Source: an uncultured Bdellovibrionales bacterium
GTDB taxonomy: Bacteria; Patescibacteriota; Minisyncoccia; Moranbacterales; UBA1568
DNA length: 64,000 bases
Direction: 5' to 3'
NCBI GenBank assembly: GCA_964500505.1
Contig: CAZCNN010000001.1
Span: 131,826-195,825, forward strand
Shown: piece by piece, positions 1 through 9,339 of the stretch
Layout: each line of letters opens with the position of its first letter
Position numbering within the stretch: position 1 is the stretch's first letter
The notes under the pieces: model-generated
Database searches by the model: none
Seen by the model: the letters and a program-made list of their open reading frames with translations, nothing else
What the model was told of the DNA's origin: nothing
Translations under genes and position numbers: made by a program

Positions 1-945
1 ACGAACGGGCACCGTAAGAGTATCAGATGGTTCTACATCGGCGCGACCCTCAAATGGGAGGTCCACTTCTTGCACCGTTCGATACGGTACGACATGCACC
101 TCTGCTTTGGGGAGAAAGAGAAATATCGCCACACCGATGAGTGACAAAAGTGAAATGCCTCCAAGTATGGCAAAAATTCGACCAGCCTTGGGCGACGTCA
201 CGGGGACGCGAGGTGCGGATGAGGGGGCCACTTCGGCCAACTTGGGCTCTGACTCATTTCTCGGTACACCGCCTTGAGTAAAAAAATTGCGGAGGCGAGC
301 TTCTCGGACAGTTTGAGTATCCTCGCGATTCGCCACACGTTCACTTGGGGTCGGAGGCACGACAGGCATCGAGCGCTCAATCGGGAGTACTATCTGTGGT
401 CGGAGACCCTGCGGAGCGGGTTTCGCTTGCATACTCGGCGCACCATCAAAGCGCTTAGAATTGAGACTCGGTGGCCGTTCGGGTGTAGCATTGCGGATAC
501 GGAGTGTCCGCGTGGCTGGCGCCACCGGTGCGCGAGGTGGCACACTCATCGGAGGTTTGGTCCCCCCTCCATAAAAATCACTACTTCCGATATCCTGAGA
601 TCGGAGCCCACCGAACGTGGGCTTGATGGTAGAAAGAGGCGCAGGTGTCACTTCCGGGGTGAGTTCGATATGCTCTGCAGCGCGTGAAAAATCGTCCGTA
701 TAGCGCTCGGCCGTGAGCCCAGCCTTCTCAGCGAGGAGCATCCCAGCCTCGTCTTGGGTCACGATCACGATGCGTTTGCCAAGCTTTTCTGCTTCACGTT
801 GAAAGAGTCGCAAGTTGACAATACTCTGAAGGACTAGCGCACGCTTGGGAAAGACAAAGTAATTCTCCTCGGATGATGAGCGACGCAATCGCCCAATCAC
901 CGAGATTATTTCTTCGTCGTTTTCGATATAAAATGTCTGAGGCAT
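1..945 (-). CDS. N-terminal part of a conserved CPR membrane-anchored protein found next to ftsA (often labelled baseplate J/gp47-like); runs off the window edge
   Basis: Not in the ORF track. Manual translation from ATG 945 gives MPQTFYIENDEEIISVIGRLRRSSSEENYFVFPKRALVLQSIVNLRLFQREAEKLGKRIVIVTQD, then a low-complexity linker and a TM helix near 130-190. Confidence 0.7.
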   Translation of the reverse strand, partial: MPQTFYIENDEEIISVIGRLRRSSSEENYFVFPKRALVLQSIVNLRLFQREAEKLGKRIVIVTQDEAGMLLAEKAGLTAERYTDDFSRAAEHIELTPEVTPAPLSTIKPTFGGLRSQDIGSSDFYGGGTKPPMSVPPRAPVAPATRTLRIRNATPERPPSLNSKRFDGAPSMQAKPAPQGLRPQIVLPIERSMPVVPPTPSERVANREDTQTVREARLRNFFTQGGVPRNESEPKLAEVAPSSAPRVPVTSPKAGRIFAILGGISLLSLIGVAIFLFLPKAEVHVVPYRTVQEVDLPFEGRADVEPSDTLTVPVR

Positions 946-969
946 ACCACTATCCTATTATGTGTTTGA

Positions 970-2238
970 CTATTTTTTTTCAAGTGATTCCATACTCCGA
1001 TGGAGGATAGCAGAGAGCATCTTTTCTTCCTCGATAGCATCGAGAAGCGCCAGATGAGCGAGGCCAATCGGGGTCATATCCTGAGGATTATTGAGCTCGC
1101 CCGTCTCATCGGTGATACTCGCTACATCATGAGGCTGGAGAAAAGAAACCTGGGGTGGCTTGGAAAATGGTAGCGTCCCAGCCCATTCTGGAGTAAGGAG
1201 TGACTGTTTGATACCCGGGAGCGCCGAACCACCACCACAGAGAAAAATACGTGATGGCAGGAGATCAGTCTCAGCAAACTCCATAAGGGAAAGCTCCACT
1301 CCACCGAGCCAAATCCGACAGTCATCGGCAAACAGCGCTGCTACCCGCTCGGCATCATCGCTCTTGAGTCTCCCGTTGGCGTAGTCGAGTTTCATAGTTT
1401 CGGCCAGCTCAAAAGACAGACCGAACTCTTGGGCCAAGCGTTTGGTAAAAGCACGACCGCCGAGAGCAAACATTTTGGTCCCTTCGAGACCGCCATTTCT
1501 GACGACTGCGATATCCGTCGTCCCACCACCGACATCAATAAATATGGCACTAAAATCCATCATATCCTCAACCTCCACCGAACGGGCGACCGCGTAGGGC
1601 TCGGCCGCTACTGAGAGGAGGTCGAGATCAAGCTCATCAGCAATCGTCTCGAGAGCTCCCAAGTGAATCATTGGGGCGTAGGCGTTAAACACGCTCATTG
1701 ATACTGACCGGCCCTGGAAATCTATGGGGTTCAAGACATGATAGCCATCGATACGGACATCTACCATGGCAGCATTGATGAGCTTCACATCGATATCATT
1801 CTGACCCGTCTCCCACGACAGCTGGCGCTTGATACGTTCATAGGCCTTTTCCTGAACCTTTTGAATGATCATCTTGAGCTCGGACACGCCGATGTGCATC
1901 TCTGGATTGACTCGCTCATAGTGTACAGTCGTTGTCGTCCCCTTGACGAGCTCACCAGCGATACCGATAATACTCTTCTCAATACGCTTGACCCCTGCCT
2001 TTTCCTTGGCGATAGTGATGGCCTCTCGCGCAGATTCAATCACGCCACTGATGTCAGAGACGGCGCCACTTTGCATATTGCCAATCTTCTGAGCTGTCCG
2101 GCCGACACCAATGACGACACCACGACGCGCACCCTTTTCAATACGAAGAATAAGCGCTTTGACCACCTCGGTCCCGATATCAAGCGCCAAGACCAGATCT
2201 GAATCTTTACGAAATGAGAGACTACCAAAAAGACCCAT
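970..2238 (-). CDS. ftsA: FtsA-family actin-like ATPase
   Basis: LALDIGT phosphate-1 and IDVGGGTTD phosphate-2 motifs, GGRAFT, LCGGGS adenosine motif. Confidence 0.85.
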   Translation of the reverse strand: MGLFGSLSFRKDSDLVLALDIGTEVVKALILRIEKGARRGVVIGVGRTAQKIGNMQSGAVSDISGVIESAREAITIAKEKAGVKRIEKSIIGIAGELVKGTTTTVHYERVNPEMHIGVSELKMIIQKVQEKAYERIKRQLSWETGQNDIDVKLINAAMVDVRIDGYHVLNPIDFQGRSVSMSVFNAYAPMIHLGALETIADELDLDLLSVAAEPYAVARSVEVEDMMDFSAIFIDVGGGTTDIAVVRNGGLEGTKMFALGGRAFTKRLAQEFGLSFELAETMKLDYANGRLKSDDAERVAALFADDCRIWLGGVELSLMEFAETDLLPSRIFLCGGGSALPGIKQSLLTPEWAGTLPFSKPPQVSFLQPHDVASITDETGELNNPQDMTPIGLAHLALLDAIEEEKMLSAILHRSMESLEKK

Positions 2239-2273
2239 AGTATACGCGAAATGTTTGTGTTTCTATTATAGCA

Positions 2274-3299
2274 CTACCCGAGTCGTTCCGGGGTGATACT
2301 CTTTCTCATGGCCTCCATCGTTGACTCATCGAGGAGCCCCTCGATGGCACCATACTCCCCGACGACGCTTCCGCTATTGGCAATCCCACAGGCAAGCGCC
2401 TCAGGCAGTGTCCGGCCAGCTAGGTGCGCCCCAAAGAAGCCTGATCCAAACGCGTCACCTGCTCCGGTACTATCTACTACCGTAGTGCGTGTATGAATCG
2501 GACAGTACCAGAGTTCCGTCCCGTCATAGCCCCAAGCCCCCCGCTTACCATCAGTCATCCCAATCATCTTGACACCATGACGGGCGAGACTCCGGAGGAG
2601 AAAGGCTTCGTCGTTCAGTTCATCATCAGTCGGTCGAGGACTCGACTGCATGAGGAGCTCGATGGCTTCGTCTTTATTGAGGAGAAGCACGTCGACCTCG
2701 GGAAGCATCTCAAAGATATACTTGGCATCCTCACGGATATTGTGTTGCCCCGGATTGAGCGCGAGCTTTTGTCCATACTGCTTTTTGGCCTCGCGTATGG
2801 CCAAGAGATTAGCGTGCCAATCGCCGTTTAAAGCACTGACAAAAAGCCACTCTGCCCCCTTGAGTCGAGATGACTCGACGACGAGTCGTTCATTGGCATC
2901 ACGATTGTGAAAGATAGTGCGCTCACCAGTCTCCATGACCACAATGATAGCCGAGAGGTCAGTCTTGGCATCGGGATACGTCGTAAGGAGGTCTGTGGCG
3001 ACACCGATACGGTCGAGTTCGTGCATGATGTACCGACCAATTTCGTCTCCGCCGATACAACTGTATGTTGCGACAGAGCGACCGAGTCGTGCCAAACCAC
3101 AGGCGACATTGGCCGCTACACCACCAATCGCTTCGTAGCGGTCCGCGACGCGGTACTTACCACCGAGCTCAAACGCGATTTTCTCTTTGGCTGTGATATC
3201 ATCAGGCGTCTCGAATATGATGCCTTCATCGGTCGGAAAAAATATATCCTTCGAAGAGGAGCCGATACAAATAACCTCTGGACTTTTATGAAACCACAT
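2274..3299 (-). CDS. PfkB family carbohydrate kinase
   Basis: GGVAANVA, NKDEA and DSTGAGDAFGSGF PfkB signatures. Confidence 0.92.
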   Translation of the reverse strand: MWFHKSPEVICIGSSSKDIFFPTDEGIIFETPDDITAKEKIAFELGGKYRVADRYEAIGGVAANVACGLARLGRSVATYSCIGGDEIGRYIMHELDRIGVATDLLTTYPDAKTDLSAIIVVMETGERTIFHNRDANERLVVESSRLKGAEWLFVSALNGDWHANLLAIREAKKQYGQKLALNPGQHNIREDAKYIFEMLPEVDVLLLNKDEAIELLMQSSPRPTDDELNDEAFLLRSLARHGVKMIGMTDGKRGAWGYDGTELWYCPIHTRTTVVDSTGAGDAFGSGFFGAHLAGRTLPEALACGIANSGSVVGEYGAIEGLLDESTMEAMRKSITPERLG

Positions 3300-3310
3300 A
3301 GTGGACTCGC

Positions 3311-4621
3311 TTATTCAGTTAGTGTGACAGGTATCTCAACCTTCTGAAGCTCTTGATAGATTTCGGAGAGGCGATTGTACTTGGCGAGGCGTTCACCTCG
3401 GGAGAGCGAGCCTGATTTGATGAATTCAGCCCCTGTCCCGACAGCCAAATCAGCGATGAAATCATCTGGTGTCTCACCAGAACGATGAGAGATGATGCGG
3501 TTCATGCTATTTGCTTGAGCAAGGCGCATACAATCCAGGGTCTCCGTCACCGTTCCGATCTGATTGACTTTGATGAGGACCGCATTGCAGGCCTTTTCAG
3601 CAATCGCTTTTTCCAATCGGGAGACATTGGTCACCAAGAGATCATCACCGATGAGCATCACGGTCTGGTGCCATGAGGCTGGCTCACGCTCGAGCTTTTC
3701 CTTCATGGCGGCCCATCCCTGCCAGTCTTCTTCATGGAGACCATCCTCGATCGACACGATAGCGTGCTTAGTCATCCATTCGCGGTAGAGATTGACCAGT
3801 GATTCTCGTGACAGCTTTACGTCTTCGGGCTTCAAGAGATACTGATCCTCTGTCTTATCATAAAATGAATCAGCTGCCACATCGAGCCCGACATAGATCT
3901 GCTCCCCGAGCACGTAGCCTGCCTCGCGCACTGCCTCGCCGATGAGTTCGAGTGCCTGAGCATGTCCCTCCACTCGTGGCGCAAATCCACCCTCATCGCC
4001 CACCGCGGTGGTGAAGCCACGTTGATGGAGCAATTCTTCCAAGGCGTGAAAAATCTCACTCCCAGCCCGGAGTTGCTCAGGAAATGAGGCAATGCCAAAG
4101 GGAACAATCTTGAATTCCTGCACGGAGAGCCCAGAATCGGCGTGTTTACCACCATTCACGATGTTGAACATCGGGACTGGGAAATGCCCCTTGGCTTCTT
4201 TCTTGCCATACAAACTGGCGATATGAGTATGAAGCGGTACACTTGCGGACAAGGCGGCAGCACGACAGACAGCAAGTGACACCCCGAGGATAGCGTTCGC
4301 CCCGAGTCGCCCCTTGTTGGGCGTCCCATCGAGCGTCCGCATCGCTTGGTCGAGCTCGGTCTGTTTCGATGCCTCCATGCCTCGCACCGCATCAGCTATG
4401 AGCGTATTTACGTGCGCCACGGCCTGAAGCACTCCTTGGCCACGGTATCGTCTGGTGTCGCCGTCACGAAGCTCCAATGCCTCAAAAGCACCGGTTGACT
4501 TCCCTGAAGGGACCCCTGCCTTGGCCACGGTACCATCGTCGAGTGTCACCCGAACCTCGACGGTCGGATCGCCCCGTGAATCAAGAATTTCACGCGCCCA
4601 CACTTCTAGAATCTTGGCCAT
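3311..4621 (-). CDS. eno: Enolase
   Basis: EILDSRGDPTVE, VPSGKSTG, GDEGGFAP, SHRSGET, ERLAKYNRL. Confidence 0.98.
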   Translation of the reverse strand: MAKILEVWAREILDSRGDPTVEVRVTLDDGTVAKAGVPSGKSTGAFEALELRDGDTRRYRGQGVLQAVAHVNTLIADAVRGMEASKQTELDQAMRTLDGTPNKGRLGANAILGVSLAVCRAAALSASVPLHTHIASLYGKKEAKGHFPVPMFNIVNGGKHADSGLSVQEFKIVPFGIASFPEQLRAGSEIFHALEELLHQRGFTTAVGDEGGFAPRVEGHAQALELIGEAVREAGYVLGEQIYVGLDVAADSFYDKTEDQYLLKPEDVKLSRESLVNLYREWMTKHAIVSIEDGLHEEDWQGWAAMKEKLEREPASWHQTVMLIGDDLLVTNVSRLEKAIAEKACNAVLIKVNQIGTVTETLDCMRLAQANSMNRIISHRSGETPDDFIADLAVGTGAEFIKSGSLSRGERLAKYNRLSEIYQELQKVEIPVTLTE

Positions 4622-4671
4622 ACATGATGTTTTTAGAGGCGACTTGTGCTCACTCCTACTGGTCTATTATA

Positions 4672-5721
4672 TCACGCCTGGAGAGCCACGAGACCCGGGA
4701 GACTGTCTCCACTCAAGTACTCAAGCATCGCTCCACCACCAGACGACACAAAACTAATTTTGCCAATGGCATCCGCCTTTTCGAGTACTGCGAGCGACTC
4801 TCCGCCACCAATGACAACATAGGCTTTGCTTTCGAGGATAGCGTGGAGGATAGCGTCGGTCCCTATGTCATACGGCTTTTCTTCAAACTTACCCATCGGT
4901 CCATTCCAGATGATGGTCTTGGCGGTAGCAATAATCTGCGTATAGTACCCGATGGTTTGCGGTCCGATATCGAGACGGAGCGATGAATCAAAGTCATTCG
5001 GAAGGAGTACTCTCTCTGAGAATGCAATTTTCTGATCCAACGCTTCATTGGCGATTCTCCCACCCACCAAGACCGCATCATAGCTCTGTTCGAGCGCCTG
5101 AATGAGCGGGAGTTTGGTCTCGATCTTGGCACCACCGATGATAGCGATGGCCGGATGCTCGGGAGCGGTCCGCACCCGATCAAGCTCGGTCAACTCCTCC
5201 ACGAGCCGTAGTCCAGCGTAGGATGGCAGGAGCCTGGTCACGGCCTCGACCGAGGCATGAGCGCGGTGACAAACGCTAAACGCCTCATTGACGTAGTGAG
5301 TAAACGGAGTCACGAGTCGCTTGGAAAATTCTCCATCGTTCTTTTCTTCTTCGGCGTAAAAACGGACATTTTCGAGGAGAAGCACCTGCCCCGGGAGGAG
5401 TGCCTCCAGTGCTGTCACGACTGAATCCCCGACACAGTCAGGCACAAAGACGACTTCACGGTCGAGCGCTCTGGCCACAGCATCGGTAAGTTTGGCCACC
5501 GAGTACCCCTGGTCCGGCTTGCCATCCGGACGGCCAAAATGAGTGAGGAGAGCGATTTTGACATGGGCACTTTCAGCAATCCGGTCCACGGATTTCTTGA
5601 CGATATCTAGTCGGAAATGCTCTTCGATGTCACCGATATTACTCTGCTCGATGTTGAAATCAACTCGCATGAGGACACGTGCACCGGAAAAATCTACCCC
5701 CTCCATACTGCGCAGTTCCAT
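4672..5721 (-). CDS. pgk: Phosphoglycerate kinase (short CPR form)
   Basis: RVDFN, THFGRP, LLENVRF, HRAHAS, WNGPMG, SSGGGA. Start moved to ATG 5721. Confidence 0.95.
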   Translation of the reverse strand: MELRSMEGVDFSGARVLMRVDFNIEQSNIGDIEEHFRLDIVKKSVDRIAESAHVKIALLTHFGRPDGKPDQGYSVAKLTDAVARALDREVVFVPDCVGDSVVTALEALLPGQVLLLENVRFYAEEEKNDGEFSKRLVTPFTHYVNEAFSVCHRAHASVEAVTRLLPSYAGLRLVEELTELDRVRTAPEHPAIAIIGGAKIETKLPLIQALEQSYDAVLVGGRIANEALDQKIAFSERVLLPNDFDSSLRLDIGPQTIGYYTQIIATAKTIIWNGPMGKFEEKPYDIGTDAILHAILESKAYVVIGGGESLAVLEKADAIGKISFVSSGGGAMLEYLSGDSLPGLVALQA

Positions 5722-5750
5722 AGGTTTCTTGTCTTCAAAAATTACTGAAA

Positions 5751-6860
5751 TTATTCGCCCATGCCGAGGATACCGATCATGACACCAATGAGCGCGGTCA
5801 GTGCCGTAAATATCCAGGCGCGCATAACAATCTTGGGCTCTGGCCATCCCTTGGCTTCAAAATGATGGTGGATGGGGGCAGCGAGAAATACTTTGCGACC
5901 AAAGAAACGCTTGGAAAGGAGCTGAATGGCGACACTGCCTGACTCGATAGAGTAGATAGCCACGATCACAAAGAGGACGAGAGCAGAATTCGTGAGCATC
6001 GCGACCACCCCGAGTGTCGTCCCGAGCGCAATGGCACCCGTATCGCCCATAAAGAATCGTGCCGGGTAGATGTTGAACCAGAGAAACGCGAGGAGTGCTC
6101 CAGCGAGCGCTGCACAGAACGCGGCGAGATCCATCTTGTTGTGTACAAAGGCAATGAGCGAAAAGGCACTGAAGGCGATGAGCAGTACTCCACCGTTTAA
6201 CCCATCAAGTCCGTCGGTTTCATTGGAGGAAATAGCTGCAAACAGAATAACAAAGATAAAAAGCGGGACATACCACCAGCCGATAGTGAAGTCACCGACA
6301 GCCGGGATATGAATCTCATCCCAACCAAGCTTGCTATAAAACCACCAGGCCCCAAATCCTGCGATAAGAAACAGCCACCAGAACCGAAAAGCGAAACGCA
6401 TCCCGCCACCCTTGTTGGTCCCTTTGCCACGGACGCTCATGTAGTCATCGAGGAGGCCCAGGAGGCCAGCCGTGACGAGGACAAAGAGTGGGAGCCACAC
6501 CTGAGAGCGCTTGAAGAAATCCAGCCGAGCGATGAAGTTCGTATTAGTCCACTCAGCGATAAACGGGAAAACATAGTGGGAGAGGAGTACGAGAAGGAGC
6601 ACCGTCACCCAGACGATGACTCCACCCATTGTCGGTGTCCCGGCTTTACCCGCATGGAGCTTGTTCACAAACGTGAGCTGCTCACCATTAACTGAGCGCT
6701 CTTTGATTTTGATGCCAAATTTGTACTTGTAGAGAAGATGCGTCCACAGCGGCGTCAATCCAAACGCGATAAGAAACGCCAAGAGACCCGTGGTCAATAC
6801 TTTGAGCACGTTTATGATCGTGGGAACACTCTGAATCTGCGCAATTTGTATAGCATCCAT
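5751..6860 (-). CDS. mraY: Phospho-N-acetylmuramoyl-pentapeptide transferase
   Basis: GTPTMGG, GLLDD, NETDGLDGL, FMGDTG, APIHHHFE. Confidence 0.96.
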   Translation of the reverse strand: MDAIQIAQIQSVPTIINVLKVLTTGLLAFLIAFGLTPLWTHLLYKYKFGIKIKERSVNGEQLTFVNKLHAGKAGTPTMGGVIVWVTVLLLVLLSHYVFPFIAEWTNTNFIARLDFFKRSQVWLPLFVLVTAGLLGLLDDYMSVRGKGTNKGGGMRFAFRFWWLFLIAGFGAWWFYSKLGWDEIHIPAVGDFTIGWWYVPLFIFVILFAAISSNETDGLDGLNGGVLLIAFSAFSLIAFVHNKMDLAAFCAALAGALLAFLWFNIYPARFFMGDTGAIALGTTLGVVAMLTNSALVLFVIVAIYSIESGSVAIQLLSKRFFGRKVFLAAPIHHHFEAKGWPEPKIVMRAWIFTALTALIGVMIGILGMGE

Positions 6861-6877
6861 ACCGAGTAATTTAATAA

Positions 6878-7921
6878 CTATTTCCAATCATGCGCCTGAA
6901 AACTCCAGTCAAACATAGACCGGATACTCTGCCAGCGTGACTGATCATCGAGGACTACGGCCACTACTTTGTGATTCGCAGTATAGTCAGTCGCTACGGC
7001 GAGAAGCGAGTATCCAGCGAGTGGGGTAAAGCCCGTCTTGGTGCCGATGAGATTCGGGAATTGGCCGAGCAGTTCATCAGTATTGAAAATTTCATGCTGG
7101 TAGCGACCATCGGCCGAAGTGATAAACTGCTTTTCATTGCGCATAATTTCCCAAATTTCCGGGTATTTGAGAGCATGGATGGTCACTTTCGCGATATCTG
7201 CCGCCGAAGAATAACACTCCGCCTCGCGTCCATCTGGCTCCAGTCCCGAGGGCGTACAGAAGTTTGAATTTTCTAGCCCGAGCTCCTTCGCTCGCTCATT
7301 CATAATCTTGGCAAAGCCATCCTGCGTCTTGCCGATGTGTTTGCCTAAAGCGATAGCAGCGTCATTGGCGCTATTCATAAGGGCCGCCTTCAAGAGATTT
7401 CGAACGCTCATTTGCTCCCCCGGCTTGAGGCGAACGCCGTTACAGAACCCGGAGCGTGGACATCCGACTCGTGTCCCCTCCGCATAGACCGCTTCTTCAT
7501 CGATGGTCACGAGTTCATCAAGATCCTTGACCCGCTCCATGACGATCGTAGCCGTAAAGAGCTTGGTAAGCGAAGCAATCTGACGCTGTTCATGGGCATT
7601 GCGCTCATAGAGCACTTTGCCTGATTCAGCATCCATGATAATCGAAGCATGCGCCGTTACTATAGCCAGACGAGGCGAATATTCTTTCAGTTCTGGTTGG
7701 AAACTAGTAGCGAGCTCCCGACTTTCTTCCACCACTGGCTGTACTTCTTGCGCGACGCCGAGCACCGCCGTCGCTACTGGAGCATCAAATCGGTCCGCTT
7801 CAGAAAAATAAGCATCGAGCGTTGACTCGAACCACGCGAGAAGTGGCTGACTCCCACCGCTGTACCACCCAAAAGCAAAGGCGGTTGCGACAAGCATAAG
7901 ACTGAGTAAGAAAAAGCGCAT
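6878..7921 (-). CDS. D-alanyl-D-alanine carboxypeptidase (peptidase S11)
   Basis: Signal/TM N-terminus, SxxK (ASLTK), SxN (SAND), KTG motifs. Confidence 0.93.
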   Translation of the reverse strand: MRFFLLSLMLVATAFAFGWYSGGSQPLLAWFESTLDAYFSEADRFDAPVATAVLGVAQEVQPVVEESRELATSFQPELKEYSPRLAIVTAHASIIMDAESGKVLYERNAHEQRQIASLTKLFTATIVMERVKDLDELVTIDEEAVYAEGTRVGCPRSGFCNGVRLKPGEQMSVRNLLKAALMNSANDAAIALGKHIGKTQDGFAKIMNERAKELGLENSNFCTPSGLEPDGREAECYSSAADIAKVTIHALKYPEIWEIMRNEKQFITSADGRYQHEIFNTDELLGQFPNLIGTKTGFTPLAGYSLLAVATDYTANHKVVAVVLDDQSRWQSIRSMFDWSFQAHDWK

Positions 7922-7924
7922 AGA

Positions 7925-8533
7925 TTATTCTTCGATGGGTGATGACTTTTTTGTTTGCGTCTCCTCATCAGATGCGACATCTGGCTGTCCAGCCAAGATG
8001 AGCTTGAGTCGCTCATCCTGGGAGAGAGTCTCAAAATCCGGTAACTCCGAAATCTGCCCCAATCCCAATGACTCAAGAAATCGGAACGTCGGGCGGTAGA
8101 GATACCCCCGACTGTCACTCGGATTCCCCTCACGTGAAATAAGGTCTCGGAGGAGAAGGTTGCGGAGCGTAAAGCTACAGTTGACTCCGCGGATAGCATC
8201 GATTTCAGAGCGCGATATCGGGGAGCGATACGCGACAATCGAGAGCACCTCTAGCGCCGCTTTGCTCAGGTTTTCTTGGAGCTCGCTTTTGGTCAGGGCC
8301 TCAACGATTGGGGCGTGCTCAGGTTTGGTAGCCATAAGTAACGACTCGCCATCCGAAAGAATCATGAGTCCGCGCAAAGCATTACTCTGATATTCTACCG
8401 CCAATGCTTGTCCTGCTGCTCGTATCTCATCTTTGGGTACACCGAGAATTTTCTCCAGACGAACGAGAGACAGTGCCTCCCCACTGACAAAAAGGAGCGC
8501 TTCGAGTGATGACTGGAGGGAGGATTGAGACAT
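7925..8533 (-). CDS. scpB: SMC-Scp complex subunit ScpB
   Basis: LEALLF, LSKAALEVLSIVAYRSPISRSEIDAIRGV; adjacent to scpA. Confidence 0.95.
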   Translation of the reverse strand: MSQSSLQSSLEALLFVSGEALSLVRLEKILGVPKDEIRAAGQALAVEYQSNALRGLMILSDGESLLMATKPEHAPIVEALTKSELQENLSKAALEVLSIVAYRSPISRSEIDAIRGVNCSFTLRNLLLRDLISREGNPSDSRGYLYRPTFRFLESLGLGQISELPDFETLSQDERLKLILAGQPDVASDEETQTKKSSPIEE

Positions 8534-8536
8534 AGG

Positions 8537-9244
8537 CTAAGAAACCAATCTTTTTATACGGATATCGCTAAAATACCTCTCCTGCTCCACCGAGATAAAG
8601 CGTTGCTTGATGAGCTCGAGCATAGCGAGAAATGAAACGATGACTTCCACCCGATTCTCGGCATTTTCGATAATCTCTCGGAACGATGACTCTACCCGCG
8701 CGCCGAGGGTCGTCTGGAGATGTGAGATTTTTTCCTCAAGGGTAATCACGAGGGCGATTTCCTTTTCTGGTAGGACTTCAAATACAGGAATATCACCGAG
8801 GACATCGACAAAGTGCTGGCGTAGCATTTCTTTGGTCAGTCCCTTGGGAGGATAAAAGACCACCTGTGTGCCAAGAAAACTCTCGCGATGATAGGCGCTT
8901 TTCCTCGTCCGAAAAAAGTTTCCCAGTCCCTGTGAAGCCTCACGAAACAAGCGATAGGCTTTGAGATGATACTCGAGGTCCTCCATCGCCTCTTCTTCTT
9001 CATCACTAAAGGTGAGAATAGGGAGGAGCGCTCGCGACTTGATCAGGATGAGCCGAGCCGCGATGGTGAGAAACGCCGAAAGATTCTCAAGCGACAGATG
9101 CTCTTCATCTCGAATGTAGGCAAGGTACTGATCGGCCACCTGGGCGAGACTGACTTGGGTGATGTCCATCTTCTCCTTTTCGATGAGCGTGAGGAGGAGA
9201 TCAAGTGGTCCCTCAAACTTTTCCAGATGAAATTGATACGCCAT
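8537..9244 (-). CDS. scpA: Segregation and condensation protein A
   Basis: FEGPLDLLL, KSRALLP, FLAMLEL. Start moved to ATG 9244. Confidence 0.95.
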   Translation of the reverse strand: MAYQFHLEKFEGPLDLLLTLIEKEKMDITQVSLAQVADQYLAYIRDEEHLSLENLSAFLTIAARLILIKSRALLPILTFSDEEEEAMEDLEYHLKAYRLFREASQGLGNFFRTRKSAYHRESFLGTQVVFYPPKGLTKEMLRQHFVDVLGDIPVFEVLPEKEIALVITLEEKISHLQTTLGARVESSFREIIENAENRVEVIVSFLAMLELIKQRFISVEQERYFSDIRIKRLVS

Positions 9245-9339
9245 AAGAGTCAAAACGGAGTAAAAGCGCACAAATGAAAGAGGAAATGGGACAATCCACT
9301 TCCTCTCTACGATACCATTTTTATGCCTTTTTTGAAACC

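Noticed and set aside
4672-5721. Pgk shorter than usual, possible pseudogene
   Set aside because: The frame is intact and the catalytic motifs are present. The loss is an internal C-domain deletion.
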